Positions 10,720 to 24,484 are shown, counted from the first letter of the stretch. The stretch: 64,000 nucleotides of DNA from Botryllus schlosseri (GCA_051294905.1 CM119378.1:6448001-6512000); one strand, 5' to 3'. Numbers and translations are program-made. Notes: generated from the letters alone by a model not told the origin.

Positions 10720-11053
10720 CAATGTTGGGATGACTCGAGTCAACTTTTTCGTATGACTTGACTTGACTCGAGTCACTTTGCAAAAATGACTTGACTTGAC
10801 TCGGCGCTTCAAAAATTCGGATTGACTCGTGACTCGGAGCAAAATTTACGAGTCAATTTCAAGTCATCAAGTAAACGGTATCAAATAAATCACTGTATTT
10901 TGTATATGTTCGTATTGTTCGGGATACGCCTGTGTCACTTGTGACAGTAACCAGGCATTCACTGAATGTACGTTTGAATGATCCTCCACCATTGCATCAC
11001 AAATACATTGACCACAATCGAAATGATCACAGGTTATGTTGTCGTAGTAGTAA

Positions 11054-11092
<39 letters not shown>

Positions 11093-11710
11093 AAGAAGAA
11101 GAATATAATAGCAAAGTATCCATTTTCTTAGACGACCCTGTGCTAACATTGCCCAGTGATCACCTTTACCAACCCTCTTGTATGATTTAAATCTAGCAAA
11201 TATAGTTGATGCGTTTATTTTCTCACGGAAATGTAGACGGTAGTGTATTGTACCAGATCAATTTGTTACAACTTCTTGAGGCTTCGCATTCGATCCTATC
11301 GGCTGATAATAACAGACTGTAGCTTAGCTATGGAGTTAGTCGCGTGTTTTATTTGAGGTTCTACGTGTGCTTGATAGACACAACGCCTTCTTGCACACAT
11401 ATTCAACTTTACATTCGTTATTTGATGCAAGATAAATGGCAAATTGTTCTGTCTTTCTCACAGCTAGCAAAATGTAGTGACTTTGAATCGTCACTGATAC
11501 TTCGAAAATTCAATTTGACTTGAATTGTGACTTGACTCCTGACTCGACTTGACTTGACTTGACTTGACTCGAGTCACATCCAAAAAACGAGTGACTTGAC
11601 TTGACTCGAGTCACCTTCGAAAATCGATTGACATGACTTGACTCGAGTCAAAATGTGCAATGACTCGAGATGACTCGTGACTCGAAGGTGATGACTTGAT
11701 CCCAACACTG
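10720..11710. mobile_element. Non-autonomous hAT element in gene 2 intron
   Basis: TIR CAATGTTGGGA / TCCCAACACTG (10/11); exact 8-bp TSD CAATATGC; GACTCGAGTC/GACTTGACTC arrays at both ends. Confidence 0.9.
11044..11103. repeat. (GTA)n followed by (GAA)n microsatellite
   Basis: Directly visible trinucleotide run inside the 10720..11710 element; explains the poly-Val/Glu ORF 10978..11190. Confidence 0.95.
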
Positions 11711-13697
11711 CAATATGCATTTATTTGCATGCATCTGGTTATTAAATTTTGTGAATGAAGTATGTCAATTATATTGGTTATTCCATATATTACTATGAAA
11801 TTTTGATCCTCGTCTCTCCTGCCATAGTTAGCGGTAAATCTGATGGAGGATGATGGCTTCAAAAATACAGGGGACGAAATTGTTCAAGTGTACATCGTAA
11901 AGTCATGTTCATGTAACACGGATAAGACTATTTATGAGCCTAAATGCCGGTACGAACCAGCAGGTTGCATTCTGGTTGTTTTCAACCTTTTATGGTCGTG
12001 ACTCCATTTCCAACTTGGGCCTATAGTCACGGCGTATGATCGTTATTTTTATGTGGATTTGATTGCATTTTTGCGAGGACGGTGATCCCCACACTAAGTC
12101 GCGCGCAGCGCGAAGAAACATTGCAAGAGCAACAAATCTGCCCGAAAATAATATCTTAAATGCTGATTTTCGAAAAAACTTGATCCTAATTCAAAACCGT
12201 CAAAAATCCGGACATTTAGGTATATTTGTTAATTTCCTCCCGGAATCAAATCGTACAGTGAAATTCCGGACGTATGGCAACCCCAAAACTATGACCAATA
12301 TTTGATGAGGTAGGAGGCTGCACGTAAATCATTGATATCTCTGCAGATTCAAATGTTCAAGTTTTAACAGATTTTCTGTGCTTGGCGTTTGACCTTATAT
12401 AGCCACATTGCAAAGTCAAGATCGAGACACATGTTCCTAGTATAGTTCGGTTATTGAGCCACGAAGGTACTGGCAGTTGAAATGGACTTCAATCTGCGAG
12501 AAATTATTGACTCGGCAATATAGTACTCGGCGAAAACGAATACTTTCTGAATTCCATTCTGAATCGATTTTTCAACTCGGAGTCGATTTCGGGTATCACT
12601 CGTGATAGCGTCATGATAGAGTGAATTTCGTGGAAAGTTCAATATGTCATTTTTATACAAACACAAAGAAAATAGTACCAGTTCTACACTATATTATAGA
12701 TAATTTGGTAGCTTTTCGAGCATACCCACTTCATTGCACTTTGTGACAATGTTGTGGAAGTGTCGATTCAGCACGACTTCACTAATTCTCGTTGACATAT
12801 TAACTCTGACCAGGAAAGTATCGTTTCAGGACTCGAAAAAAATCCTCTCAACACTATTCGACTCGAATCATTGCAATTAACACTCGATTCGGGTGACTGA
12901 TAAGTAACTTTTTTACATTAGGGAAATGACGAGGCAGCTTCGCTTCAAACTGCTAATGTTTCAGTAAGAACATAAATAGAATGACCGTATAAGATTAAAT
13001 ATCCTACTGTGTAAAAACTGTAAACTCATTTTAATTGTCAAATTGCCAATAGCCTACTGATACAAACATATTGCTGTTTAAAGATGTTTTGTTGAGGTTT
13101 GTCGAAACTATTTTTTTTCAAGTCGGTCTCAAAAAAAGGATTAAACCTCATCACGGAATCCATCTTCTACCGTGATATACATAACCACTACTACAGAATG
13201 TCTTCAAGATGAGCTGCTATAGAAATGACTAGTCTGGACGTGGTATAACTCATTGATGTCAAATCGAAGGCGTGGATTTTCAAGACGCGGCCACCAAATT
13301 CAAGATATAAGAAATTCAGCTGCAGAATTCCTTCGAAATAATATAATTCCACCAAATTTCTACAAATTGTATGTTGTTCTTTTCAAAAACGGTCATTTCG
13401 TTACTGTTTATCATCTAGCCTTGAATTTATATTTGCACAAGACTGATGACGGTTACGCGATAATTGAACTAAATTTGAACTCAAGTTTGAGGGGTCCGCG
13501 AGGGTCCGTCACGGTCCAAAAGGTGTCCGCGAGTACAAGAAGGTTCATGACCACTGGCCTAGATATAATCGAGACCTGGCGTCAAATTAACAATTCAATG
13601 TCACTCCACGAAACATTATACTGGCGAACACATTTCGCGCGTCTCAGCCGGCGATTGTAGCGAGTCGTGTCCGCTGCAATTAACAAAGACTACTCAC

Positions 13698-14368
13698 CTC
13701 GACGGTATACAGTCCCAGTGGGATATCCCTCTTTCTTCGACAGTCTTCGCGTCGAACCCGCACCACACACTCGCACAGAACGGTATATCGAACGCGATAA
13801 CCTCGTGATAAAACCCGTAGCCACCAGAGGCGGATTGAAAAGCCGCCACTTGAAAGCAGGGTCGCTTCAATTCGGTCAAGGTGAATTCTGAAGAGTCGAA
13901 ATCGGCGGTGACGTTTTGCCATCCCGCGGACTCGTTAAGGTTACGAGCGCGGGCTATTTCCTCGGTGCATTTCCGTGGGAACTCCAACGTGTCGCAATGG
14001 TACAGGTAGAGTAGCTCGGAATATTCAGAAAATCGTGCGTACACCATGCTCCTACAAAAGCCGCGAATGTGTTGCCGGCAATCCAGCGCTTTTAATTCCG
14101 TGAAGAGATTTTGCAGATACCGTCCGCCGTGAAACCAAGACTTCCTGTAATCTAGTAGCTTCCGCCGGCAGCACGAAAGTCTAGTGTTGGAGTCGCTCAA
14201 GCAGCGGTGTTGTCGTAGTATTTGCTGTACTACATCTGTACCGGATCCGTTATTTTCAGTCGCACTGACTGATGAAGCTTTTCCATGAAGAGAGCATGCG
14301 AGCCCAGCGAAAAATACGAATCCAATCGCGCCGGATGCGTCCGCAGTAAATCGGAATCTCATCTGCAT
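13698..14368 (-). CDS. GPCR gene 2, exon 1: signal peptide + cysteine-rich ectodomain
   Basis: ATG at 14368 (MQMRFRF...GFVFFAGLACSLHG); family Cys pattern; donor AG|GTGAGT at 13697, phase 2; intron 3649 bp. Confidence 0.92.
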
Positions 14369-15164
14369 AAATTATCCCTTACTATATATACATTGGGTAA
14401 GACTAAAGAATTGTCAGTCGGACTCGAAGGCTTCGTATTGAGTCCCACACGCCACTGTTTCAAAATGCTGCTTCTGAAATTCACGTCGAATCGTAAAGTC
14501 GCTGCATCAAGAATACTGTTTCAGTTTGTGATTTTCGATGAGCCGCGTAGCACGCAGTTCCTGGTTTACATAGTATACGCTTCCGTCATAAACTAGGAAT
14601 TGATCAAAACATGCTAAGCGATCGAATGTGAATGTAATATCCGCTTATCGGATGGTGGATCAATCATTTCGCTTTTAGCCATTACTAGTGTTTTCCGTGT
14701 TATACGCCGAGCCAAATCGGAATAATTCGGCAATTTTGTACATTATATTTGATGTTGTAAATGCCTACAATTTCCTTCAGATATAGATATGAGTTATGCA
14801 AGTGCTATAAATATGTGCGCTACAGGGACTATGTAATAATAAGAAATTACCGTCAGAACTTCAAATGTTCATAGTTTTTGGTAACATTTCCTTGGATTGT
14901 TATTATGATCAAAATCAAAATGCTTTTCATTTGCACGAATCTTGCCAACTAATGCCTCGACTATAGCAGTTGTCAAATACTTCAATTTCAAAACGATGGA
15001 CCCCTTCCTGCCGAACAAGCGGTCGGCGTACAGTACAAATCATCTATAATATGTTTGCAAGCTTCACGCATATATGAAAAGTTAGCCGTTCCTACCAAGA
15101 TGAAAACAGCGTCACACAAACCTCAAGTTTCAAAAGTAAATGTCGTTACCAAGATCGTATAGGA

Positions 15165-17032
15165 CAGTGGTTCTTAACCTTGCCGCCAGCGCCCCCCAAG
15201 GGGCACTGGCGATTTTGAAGGGGGCGGAAACGCTCAAGGGGCGATATGCGGGGCGCTGGGCTCAGGGGGGCGATACGGGGGTGCTGGAGAAAAATGGCTT
15301 CGCAGTAGATGATGTGGTAGTAGGACATATCCTTAATGAGTATTCAGAGCGAATTAACACCGAAAACTTCGTTATATATAGCCTACAAAAGACAGATAGG
15401 TTTAATTGTCCATAGGCGCCGGAATGACTGGCACCGAATGTTCCTGTCTTGGCAATCTGAACCTCAGAAGACGAATTCCATCTGGCTGGGAAAAATTATA
15501 TGTCAGTGAAGAAATACCAATTTGAAATCGTGTGCGTCTTTTAGTTTAGTCCGATTGGGCGACAGGGATATATAAAACGAGATATCCCTGTTGGGCGATA
15601 TCCCTGTTGGGCGATTCTATATTTTTTGATACAGCAGACAGGAGGTGACGAAATAACATCATGCAACGAAGTCATACCAACGGGTCCGCCCGCCCTAATA
15701 TGTTTAATTATTCGTTACGGGCCCTACAGTTTCCAAGACACCTCACAATGTTCCCCCTGACATTTTGACGAGTTTGCGCACACTCAACAACTCACTGCGC
15801 AAACCCTTGGACAACAGTGCGTAACGACTAAAAAATGTCATAACTTCGGATTTGTCGTGCGCAACGTAGATTTTCTGTGCGCAGAGACCGTGTCAGCACT
15901 ACGCACGCGCGCAGCTTAGAGGGAACATTGCACCTCATTCAGCTCTACCGGTAAATCTGGTAACGTGAGCGGAGAGGACAAGAAATTGATAGCAATATAT
16001 ATGCAATTCCCGATCTTATTGACCGATATTATCATGAATTATCGAACATTTTCACGCTTCGCACTGGCTCGCTAAACAGAACAGCTGATTTCGTGGCAAA
16101 AGCGAACAACGTGATGGGGGGCGGTCGGTTTATCACCCTATGGGAGCCCAAGACCCAAGTTTTTTCGGGGGGCCTGACGAAGTGTCGTTTCGTTCCTGTC
16201 AACGGGTATACGCCCGAAGATGCATAATTATTATTGAGGGGCCCTACCTTTTCAATCACACATCACTCAGCTCTAACGGTACATCTGATTACGTGAGCAG
16301 AGAAAGGATTAAAATTGATATCAATATATATGCGATTTCCAATCATATTGACCAATTCAATCAATTATTAGTGAAATTTTGCGCGCTTAGCGCGCGTAGG
16401 CGAGAATAGCTGGTTTAGTAAATGGACACCCAATGTAGATGACCAGTATCAGCAAATAGCGGATAGCCGAAGGGGGATCATGGGGCGAAGCCACCCGGTT
16501 TGGTTTATCACCCTATGGGGGCCCAAGACCAACGATTTTTGGGGGGCTGACGAAGTGCTGTTACGGCCCTGGTAACGAATTAATTGTACCTACGGGCACG
16601 CCCGAATATGTTTAATTATCAATTACGTGCCCTTTGTTTTCCAATACATGCAGCAGCTCACTCAGCGCTACTGGTAAATCTGATTTCGTAGGCTGATAGG
16701 ATAAAAAGTTTATAGCGACATATATATGTAATTACCACCTATTCATTCATGCATTATAGAAAATTTGGGCACCTAGGGCGACCAGGCCACACAAACTTTG
16801 CTGACCATAGAAATCACGCTACGGGGTTCTTGGGGGCGAAGCCCTCACAAGTTTGGTTCATCACTCTATAGCTGCGCAAGGCAATCGTTTTTAGGGGGTT
16901 GACGAAGTGCTGTTACGGCTCTCCCTCTTACTCATTGTCTTTATTACATTCCTTACAATATGAGGTTTGGGGCGCCGGAGCACGATAATTTTTGAAAGGG
17001 GGCGCTGGAGGAAAAAAGGTTAAGAACCACTG
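15165..17032. mobile_element. Non-autonomous hAT (Charlie/Buster-like) element with nested elements
   Basis: Perfect 17-bp TIR CAGTGGTTCTTAACCTT; exact 8-bp TSD GTATAGGA; interior ~15410-16920 is a reversed copy of the 6844..8152 family. Confidence 0.92.
15746..15930. mobile_element. 185-bp MITE, third nesting level
   Basis: TIR CAATGTTCCCCCTGA / TTAGAGGGAACATTG (13/15); CACCTCA duplicated on both sides; the uninterrupted site is seen in the paralogous copy near 7480-7500. Confidence 0.8.
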
Positions 17033-18123
17033 GTATAGGACTGTATTAGTTATATCTCATCATACAACCTCTTCAGGGTAAAATGAAGAGCAGTGTGCCC
17101 TATCTATTCCGTGTTTGCGAGCATAATTCAAAATTTTGTTGATATCCTTGTGGTATGTCGTTCACCGGAAAATCATATATACGGCGAGGTATTACAACAA
17201 CAACACCGTGCCGCGTAATGTATCGCACACAAACTTGCAAGATCATAAACGCAGGTATATTAGGATATATATTGTACCCTACCGTTAATGACAGTCTTAA
17301 TAATTGCTTTGTCAGCGTGAAATAGTATACTGTGTTGTAAACGAATATGATGGAAATAGTTGCATTGATATCCGGATTCAATAACTTAAGATTCAAATCC
17401 AAGTCCACATCCAGCTTCAAAACATCCGATCGCGTCCTCCTAAGATTTTTTAATCCGTTTTTATAATGGAAATCCAAATCCTGGATCATTTCTGGTATGT
17501 TCTAATTATTTGATTGTTGAGTTATTATAGATTATGAAGCTCCTACTTCTTTAATATTTATCCTACCTTAACGTATGCTATAGTCATGCATCTATTGGCA
17601 TTGCATATTATTGTGGTATAATTTTACAAATGCTGCATCATTTGTGATCATCTGAACTGAACAGAAAAGAAACTGAATTGTATATCCACTTATCTCACAC
17701 AACGCTGTCTATAGAACAGTACCAACAACGCCTACAGTACATGCGACATTAGTGATAACTAAGCTAATGGCAATGCAGTCGTACCCGCATGACGTATGGC
17801 CTTTGGCCATATCATTCGATGTGGTCAGTATCGATATAATATGGAAAATTACGAACTAATTGAGCTTGCGAATCCTTTAATTGCTGCTGACTGCTGGACA
17901 TAAACCCAACTGATTGATGATTGCTTAATTAGGCTATACCGTGATAACTCTGCTGCATACGTTGGAATAACATCATCACGCTTCAAAAAACGTGCGTGTC
18001 CAACTGTCCATACGATCGATTCGGGCATTGGCGACAAAACGTGTGAAGAAGTGGCAGGTTATACCAAATCTAGGTGACAGGTGAGAAACAATTAGAACAT
18101 ATACTTGGCATAGATATTGATAC

Positions 18124-19398
18124 TAGGGTTGGATTATCCGGATAACGGTTAACCGGTTAACCGGTTAACCGCAGGTATTTTCACTATCTGATATCCGGAT
18201 ATTTTTCTGCCGGTTAACCGGATAAAAAAGAATCGTTGCTAATGCATTTTATACGTTTTAGTAAGCTTCAATAAGTCGTATTCAGTGTTGGCGCGGCCGA
18301 TTACCGAGAAACGTGTTGCCAATTAGCGAGATGCGTCCGTACACATTGCACAATGTAATGTGACGCGATCTCCTGCTGCGAAGATCGTTAAATTAGGTCA
18401 TTGATTGCCGCGCGCTCGGCTATCGTCTCTGGCCTGACAAGCCGATAGTTCCACTGGATTGAAGAATCGCATCTGCAATAGGCCATGTGCAGTGAACACA
18501 CTATTCCATCGCTGGCCTGCATAATCGCATCTTCATTGGATTGGTGCTCACGATATTATCGTTGACCTACACAATCGCATCTGCAATAGGCCTACGAACG
18601 ATATAATCGCTGGCCTAACCATCTCGGACCCAGCATGCGTTGGCTCCTATCTCTCCATGGCTTGTTGACGATATGCCGTTAAGTGTATTCTAATTAGTGA
18701 TTCTGAGAGTGACACCGCGAAACTGAATGACATGGAATGTTCGCAAAAATGTGCGTGCGTGCAAGCATAATTGATTTCCGCTGATGATTAATTCGAAAAA
18801 TAAGATCGAAACCCCCTGATTTTATTTCCATCCCCCTACATTTTCGGCTGGCTGCGTGCCTGATCACGTGAATTAGAGCGAGGTATCATGTCGGCATCAA
18901 TTCCAGTATCAGCTAGTCGTCTTTCTAGTACTCCAAACCTAAACATAAGGATGGTCAAAAGGATGTAAAGCCGTTGAAGTTTCCGGCGTACGACCTGCCA
19001 ACCTTTTGACTCTCTACGAAGCGCTGCTTTCTATTCATCCCACTTCTGTGGAAGCTGAAAAAGCATTCAATGAACGTGGACTCTTTGTTACAAAATTCCG
19101 GTCCCGGCTACAGGATCTCACAATTGATGCATCTGTGCTTTATAGAGAGGGCATTGCAGAAGCAGTGAACATTAAATTTGCGTGGTTTTTCTCGTATTCG
19201 CTCATACTGCGCGCGTAGGTAGGTACTCTACAATAACACTGTGTAATGATTTTGCGATCCGTTTCACATGCAGACCTAATGAAATCGATTGTCTCACTTA
19301 GCAGTTATTATCCGGTTAACCGGTTAGATAAATTCCAAAATATCCGGATATATCCGTTATCCGGATAGTGAAAATTATTGATATCCGAACTAACCCTA
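18124..19398 (+). mobile_element. 1275-bp internally deleted hAT transposon, copy A1
   Basis: Ends TAGGGTT...AACCCTA; exact 8-bp TSD ATTGATAC; subterminal CCGGTTAA and TATCCGGATA repeats; hAT C-terminal remnant; near-identical inverted copy at 41347..42617. Confidence 0.93.
19006..19218 (+). pseudogene. Remnant of hAT transposase C-terminal dimerisation domain
   Basis: ALLSIHPTSVEAEKAFNERGLFVTKFRSRLQDLTIDA matches the hATC consensus (xPxTSxxxERxFSxxGxxxxxxRxRL) from memory; no upstream catalytic domain. Confidence 0.8.
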
Positions 19399-22300
19399 AT
19401 TGATACCCTCCGATACTCCAGCATTGGTGAATTCACGCCAATTTTTACCATATCGATCGCATTGCAAAGGATGAGTCTGTAACACCAGCTCTGTGAAGCA
19501 CAGCATGAGATCGTGTCATTCATGAAGTAATCTGAAAGTTTTAACACATGATATATTGGCTCTTCTTGAAAGGTGTCCCTTGCGAAATATTTTGTGGCGC
19601 CACCGGATCAATATATGCCTTTTGAGAATCACCAATTAAACTATTAACAATTGGACTTACTACCGACTAGCACGCATTGCGCATTTAACTGGCACTGAAA
19701 GAATCCTATTCAGTTCAAGTGCGACCCCCGCTTCATACCACAAGCTTATCCTTCAGCACTTTAACTTTAACTCGAAAGTTCCGTCTCTTGTATAAATGAT
19801 ATCGAGAAAACGACGGATCACACTAAATACTGAAACTGCATTGGCGATTTATCTCTTCAAAACGTTCACCCGACGTCCGTCTAAATTCGTGAAGGACTTT
19901 AAAGATACAGTGCTTGATGTATGGTGTTCTACGAAACGATGGTAATCCGTTACACAGCTGCCCGCGACCAATTCATAGCGTTCATTCTTTCTAGTAGATG
20001 CGTGTGCCAACAATCCAACATCTGTGTGGTGCCGAAAAGTATGTGCAAATGTTATTACAACTCAGCTAGCTTTTTATGATGATGCTTTAGTTCCCGTCTT
20101 TACAATCGCCGCTGCGCGCGATACTTGTATATACGTAAAACTCTATTACGTGCACAACACTCATGACGACAGCGATAGCGTCAATACACAATGGATCAAT
20201 CAGCTTACTGACATTTTCTTGCCGAAGCAGTATGTAAATTCACCCGAGTTTACACACTAACGCGACCGTGGATAGGTCATGAAAGTGAGGAATTCTAGAG
20301 AGACTATAATTTGGTTGGGGCGAAATAAGATTCGAAATATTTACCATCGAATCATAAATTACTAAGAAAGGAAATGACTCTTTCAGCATATACAGTCAAG
20401 TCTTCATCTTGCGCGGTGATTGGACAATGGACATTATAAAAGTCATCACATGAAAACAGATTGTGATCACTTAGAAATGGGAGCTATTTTATTCTTTTAA
20501 ACAAGGAATGCCATGTCCACAAACTCAGAAGATGTGCGAATTGGCGTAGCAAATTCGATTGATGGCTGCCAGACGAACGCAGTCGATATTGTGGTAACGT
20601 CTTTACGGTACGTCTCCGAATATGTCGTTCGATTGAGTGATATCGCTTTGTCACAGGGGAAAAATAATTCATGCGACTTGACTTAAACTCATTGTATTAC
20701 TGGCGTTCGATACTGATCAGAGTCAATGAAAGAGCTATTAGCGACAAAATTTACAATATAAAGTTATTGTTTGCTGTAACGTCACAATGAACTAACGCAG
20801 TCATCTCTGTTCTCATTGCAGCTACAAATGTGGCAACACCGTAGAAAAATTATGCGCCAGGAGTTACGTTTTCGAAACATCTATCGATAGGTAATTTAGG
20901 TATACCGTCTATGTCAGTAATATGCAGCGACATTATAGGTATTCGGAGAGAGGAACAAATTTAGGCAATAGTCAGCCTCCCCCCCCCCTTAACCACATAC
21001 TTTCCGAATTGTTGACTGAAACGTGTTCATATATTTATATAAATATTATATCATGGACAACTGATGACAGTGATAGATACAAAATATACCCCTTGAAAGA
21101 TATGCCAATGATTTTCAATTTGCACAGCACAAAACTCATTTAGTAACTTTATCCTTTAATGTTTTACGTCATTGGGAAGTTCGTATTATTTTACGCTAAT
21201 CATTATCACCACATGATGCTTGCCACTAATTCCCGGCTCTTTTGTGATTATAAATACATGGTGATAGAAACTGTTGCAAAAACTCATGACACGATTTCCT
21301 GCATCAATTTATTTTCCGACAGCTGGGCAGTCTTCAAGCGATACCAACGTAGATACTTGAACGAGTTGATCGGTAAAGGTAGTGTATAGTAAAGTATAAT
21401 TATAATCAGAGGTCGCGGGACCAACCAGCTTTAAGATTTCGCCCCCGCAGATTTTGCATGAAAAGTATACTGTATATGTAGATTACTACGTATAACACCC
21501 CATACAATAGCGGCCGAACACTCGTCGTTCGTGTATACAGTTATGCCATTAAGCAGTATCAATGATGTGCAATTTGATATCTCTCACATTGCTGTATCCA
21601 ATGATTAGGACAAAAACATTTTGTCAAGATCACTGAAGATTTAAATCATCAATGGCGTGTATTTGTGTTGCTTGACACTTGAATTCGATAGCGCATGTTC
21701 AGGTAGAGGAATTAGGCGTTTAGAGAAAATCGATATCCGGACTGATTCGATTCTAAGTCGAGTATTAAGCTTAGTTTCTAGTTGAGTATTGAAGTATTAC
21801 TCGTTATGACGCCACAAGTACACATAGATACGTGAAATGGCCAAACAGGTACTTTTGCTCCACCAAAAAGGTAGTAATGCCTGTTGCCCATTGCGTAAAA
21901 ATGATTTTTAAACCGTAATTACGACAGCGCTTTGCGACATTGCTGCTGGTCGATTACACCATGTAACAAAAATTTAATTGAGCCGATATTTTGATATTTC
22001 CTATATACCGTATTCCTTAGTAAAACATGTTTCTGGCATTTATTTGCCTCAAATGTCGTTTAAAAATGTCATTTGAGCTTTTTAAGCTCCCCGCACCATG
22101 TTTTTCAAGCTCCTTATTGAAATTCCCTTAAGTGTGACGTCACATGGATTCATCATTCAACTCTTAATAGTTGGTTGTTAGCAAAATTCATCTTCTCAGT
22201 CTCAGTTAGTCAGTATTGGCTACAGCAAGCAAGCTCAAATTCCATTTCGTTTTGTTCTGATTGTGGATCTGATTGTGGATCTAGTGAGTACAATCTCATC

Positions 22301-22909
22301 ATTAATGTCAACATCACCAATGCAATCTGTCTGCTGGCCGATTTTGATACATCTTTGGTCTGTATATCAGTTTGAAACAAGTTATGCATAAAATGTAGAT
22401 AGAAGTAAGGTTTATAGGCTTATTAACTTTACTTTGGCATGAAGATAGGGGATAATGATAAAAACTGGGCATTTCATGTAATCTGCGAAACATGCGGATG
22501 AAATATGGGCGGATGTCTAAAGGGATATCGGCATTCAATGTCATTTGTTATTAAAGAAGCTGAAGGGAAATTCGAAACCTTATAGGAGACTGTTATTTCT
22601 GTATGGGTGACATTCCAAGGTTCAGAATAACTAAAAAATGACTTGACATTGCATATCCTTCTATGCCATCTACTCTTAAGCACCTGTTCCGCATTGCAGT
22701 AAGTTTTCACTGCCAAAACTATCAGGCAAAAAAGCTCCAGAAGACTCGACAAGGCTTAAAGATACAGAAAATGACTCCGATGACGACTTCAACATCTCCC
22801 ATATAGATATAAATCTAAAACCACACATTCGTAACTAAGGTTGAAACTAGGGAACGATGTCCTTCGGCGTGAAAAGGGCATGATCGATGTTCATGGTAAT
22901 CGGTAATAC

Positions 22910-23606
22910 CAGCAGATTTCTTTGTTTATAGACTCAAATCATGCAAACAAAATCACTTCGGAAAATTTTTGAAGTGTTTCCATCCTTTTATAATCTATAA
23001 TAGCCACTATTTATGCATATTCTCTCGTTTTGTTAGTGGATTTGTACGTCCAATAAGGAATTATGCATATTATTACAGGGCAATTTTGAGTAAAACGAGA
23101 AATCACAAAAAGTGACATTTCTCAAAGACTAGAGACACTTCAAAAGAAATTTTTGTTTTTTAGTGATTGGTTTGGAATAGCAAAACACAATACGTGAAAA
23201 ATTTTACTCAAATAAAATTTTGCAAAATTTTGGTACATGGTGTTATTTTTGCTACATAATAACAGAAGATTTCTCATTTCTCATTTCACAGACACAAGTA
23301 ACGCAAACAAAACCACTTCTGACGAGTTTTAAAGTGTTGATTTGTTACTTGATGCATGAATAAGCTATATTTGTTCATATTAACCTTTTCATTAGCGTTT
23401 CCTTACCTCCAATAAATAATTATTGTGATTAATACGGAGCAATTATGAGTAAAATCAAAAATTAGAGAAATTGACATTTCTTCAAAATGTGGGACACTTC
23501 AGGAAAAATTTTGGTATTTTTGTAATTAGATTGGAATACTAAAACACAATACATAAAATTTTTTAGTTCACTAAAACTTTTGCAAAATTTTGTTACATGG
23601 TGTTAT
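22910..23606. repeat. Diverged ~360-bp direct tandem duplication (two units) upstream of gene 3
   Basis: TGCAAAATTTTG(G/T)TACATGGTGTTAT at 23221 and 23581; GCAAACAAAA(T/C)CACTTC at ~22943 and ~23303; offset 360 bp. Confidence 0.85.
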
Positions 23607-23825
23607 GACGTCACCGAAATGTCGTCTCTAGGACATTGCTTGCTTAGACTTGTTATGGATGCTATGTGATATGGTTGATGATTCGAAGTGTCAAAGCTCA
23701 AATCGTTATGTCCAGCCGTCGTTTTGACCTAATCAGTATAGATCACTTTGTAAATTGTCAAACTAACAAGGAAAGCGCTTGTGTCTGCTATTTATAGTTG
23801 ATGAAAACGAAAGACAAACTTAATT

Positions 23826-24484
23826 ATGTTTCAGATGCGGTCTAGTAAACGTTTGTGGGGTTCCTTATCTTCTGTCATATTGCTGTTTACTGCATGTGCA
23901 GTATCTCCAGAAAGATTTACCTATCGTAAGTCAGAAGTATGCATTTTGGATCATCCATATATCCACAAATATCCACAAATACGCCGAACTTGCTGCAACG
24001 ACGCTCGCAAAAAATATTACACAACGTGGAATACGATAGAGGGACCGCTGATGCAGTACTTTGAGAAGCTGGAGAGCTGGAAATGCGATATAATGAAAGA
24101 GGAATGCTCCAGGAGACCTTATGCCATAACTCCATACTCAGAGATGGTGTACAGGAGATTCTGTAACGTAACAGAATTCAGGAGAGAATGTTTGGATTCC
24201 ATCCTGCAGCTGACTACACGAAAATCTGTCCTGCCCCGGTCCAATGATTCGATTCCCGACGAAGAGTGGCTGAATATATTGAAACCATTGAAGGAGATAG
24301 CGACCACAGAGAATATTTACAAGAAGCCATGCCTCCAAATTGCCTTGCATGACGTAATGGAGAGCGGGAGATATCATGAAATAATCAACATCCAGATGCC
24401 GTTCTGCGCGTTAACTTGGTGTGGAATGACTGCAGATGTATCGGGTTTTGATAAAATATCAGACTGGACTTGCCTCAGCCGCGG
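23826..24484 (+). CDS. GPCR gene 3, exon 1: signal peptide + cysteine-rich ectodomain
   Basis: ATG 23826 (or 23835); hydrophobic SLSSVILLFTACAVS; family Cys pattern; donor GG|GTAAAT at 24485, phase 2; intron 287 bp. Confidence 0.9.

Noticed and set aside
10978-11190. Poly-Val/Glu ORF, and the RE-repeat ORF at 26277..26549
   Set aside because: Translations of (GTA)n/(GAA)n and (GA)n/(TC)n microsatellites.
13253-13660. 135-aa ORF inside the gene 2 intron
   Set aside because: No recognisable motif; its 3' part overlaps a decayed Charlie-like MITE end (GGGGTCCGCG...GACCACTG, ~13490-13556).
17386-17433. Minus-strand GCFEAGCGLG, resembling a SAM-binding motif I
   Set aside because: Bounded closely by stops, and the DNA matches a GGATTT-type repeat fragment also at ~1468-1505.
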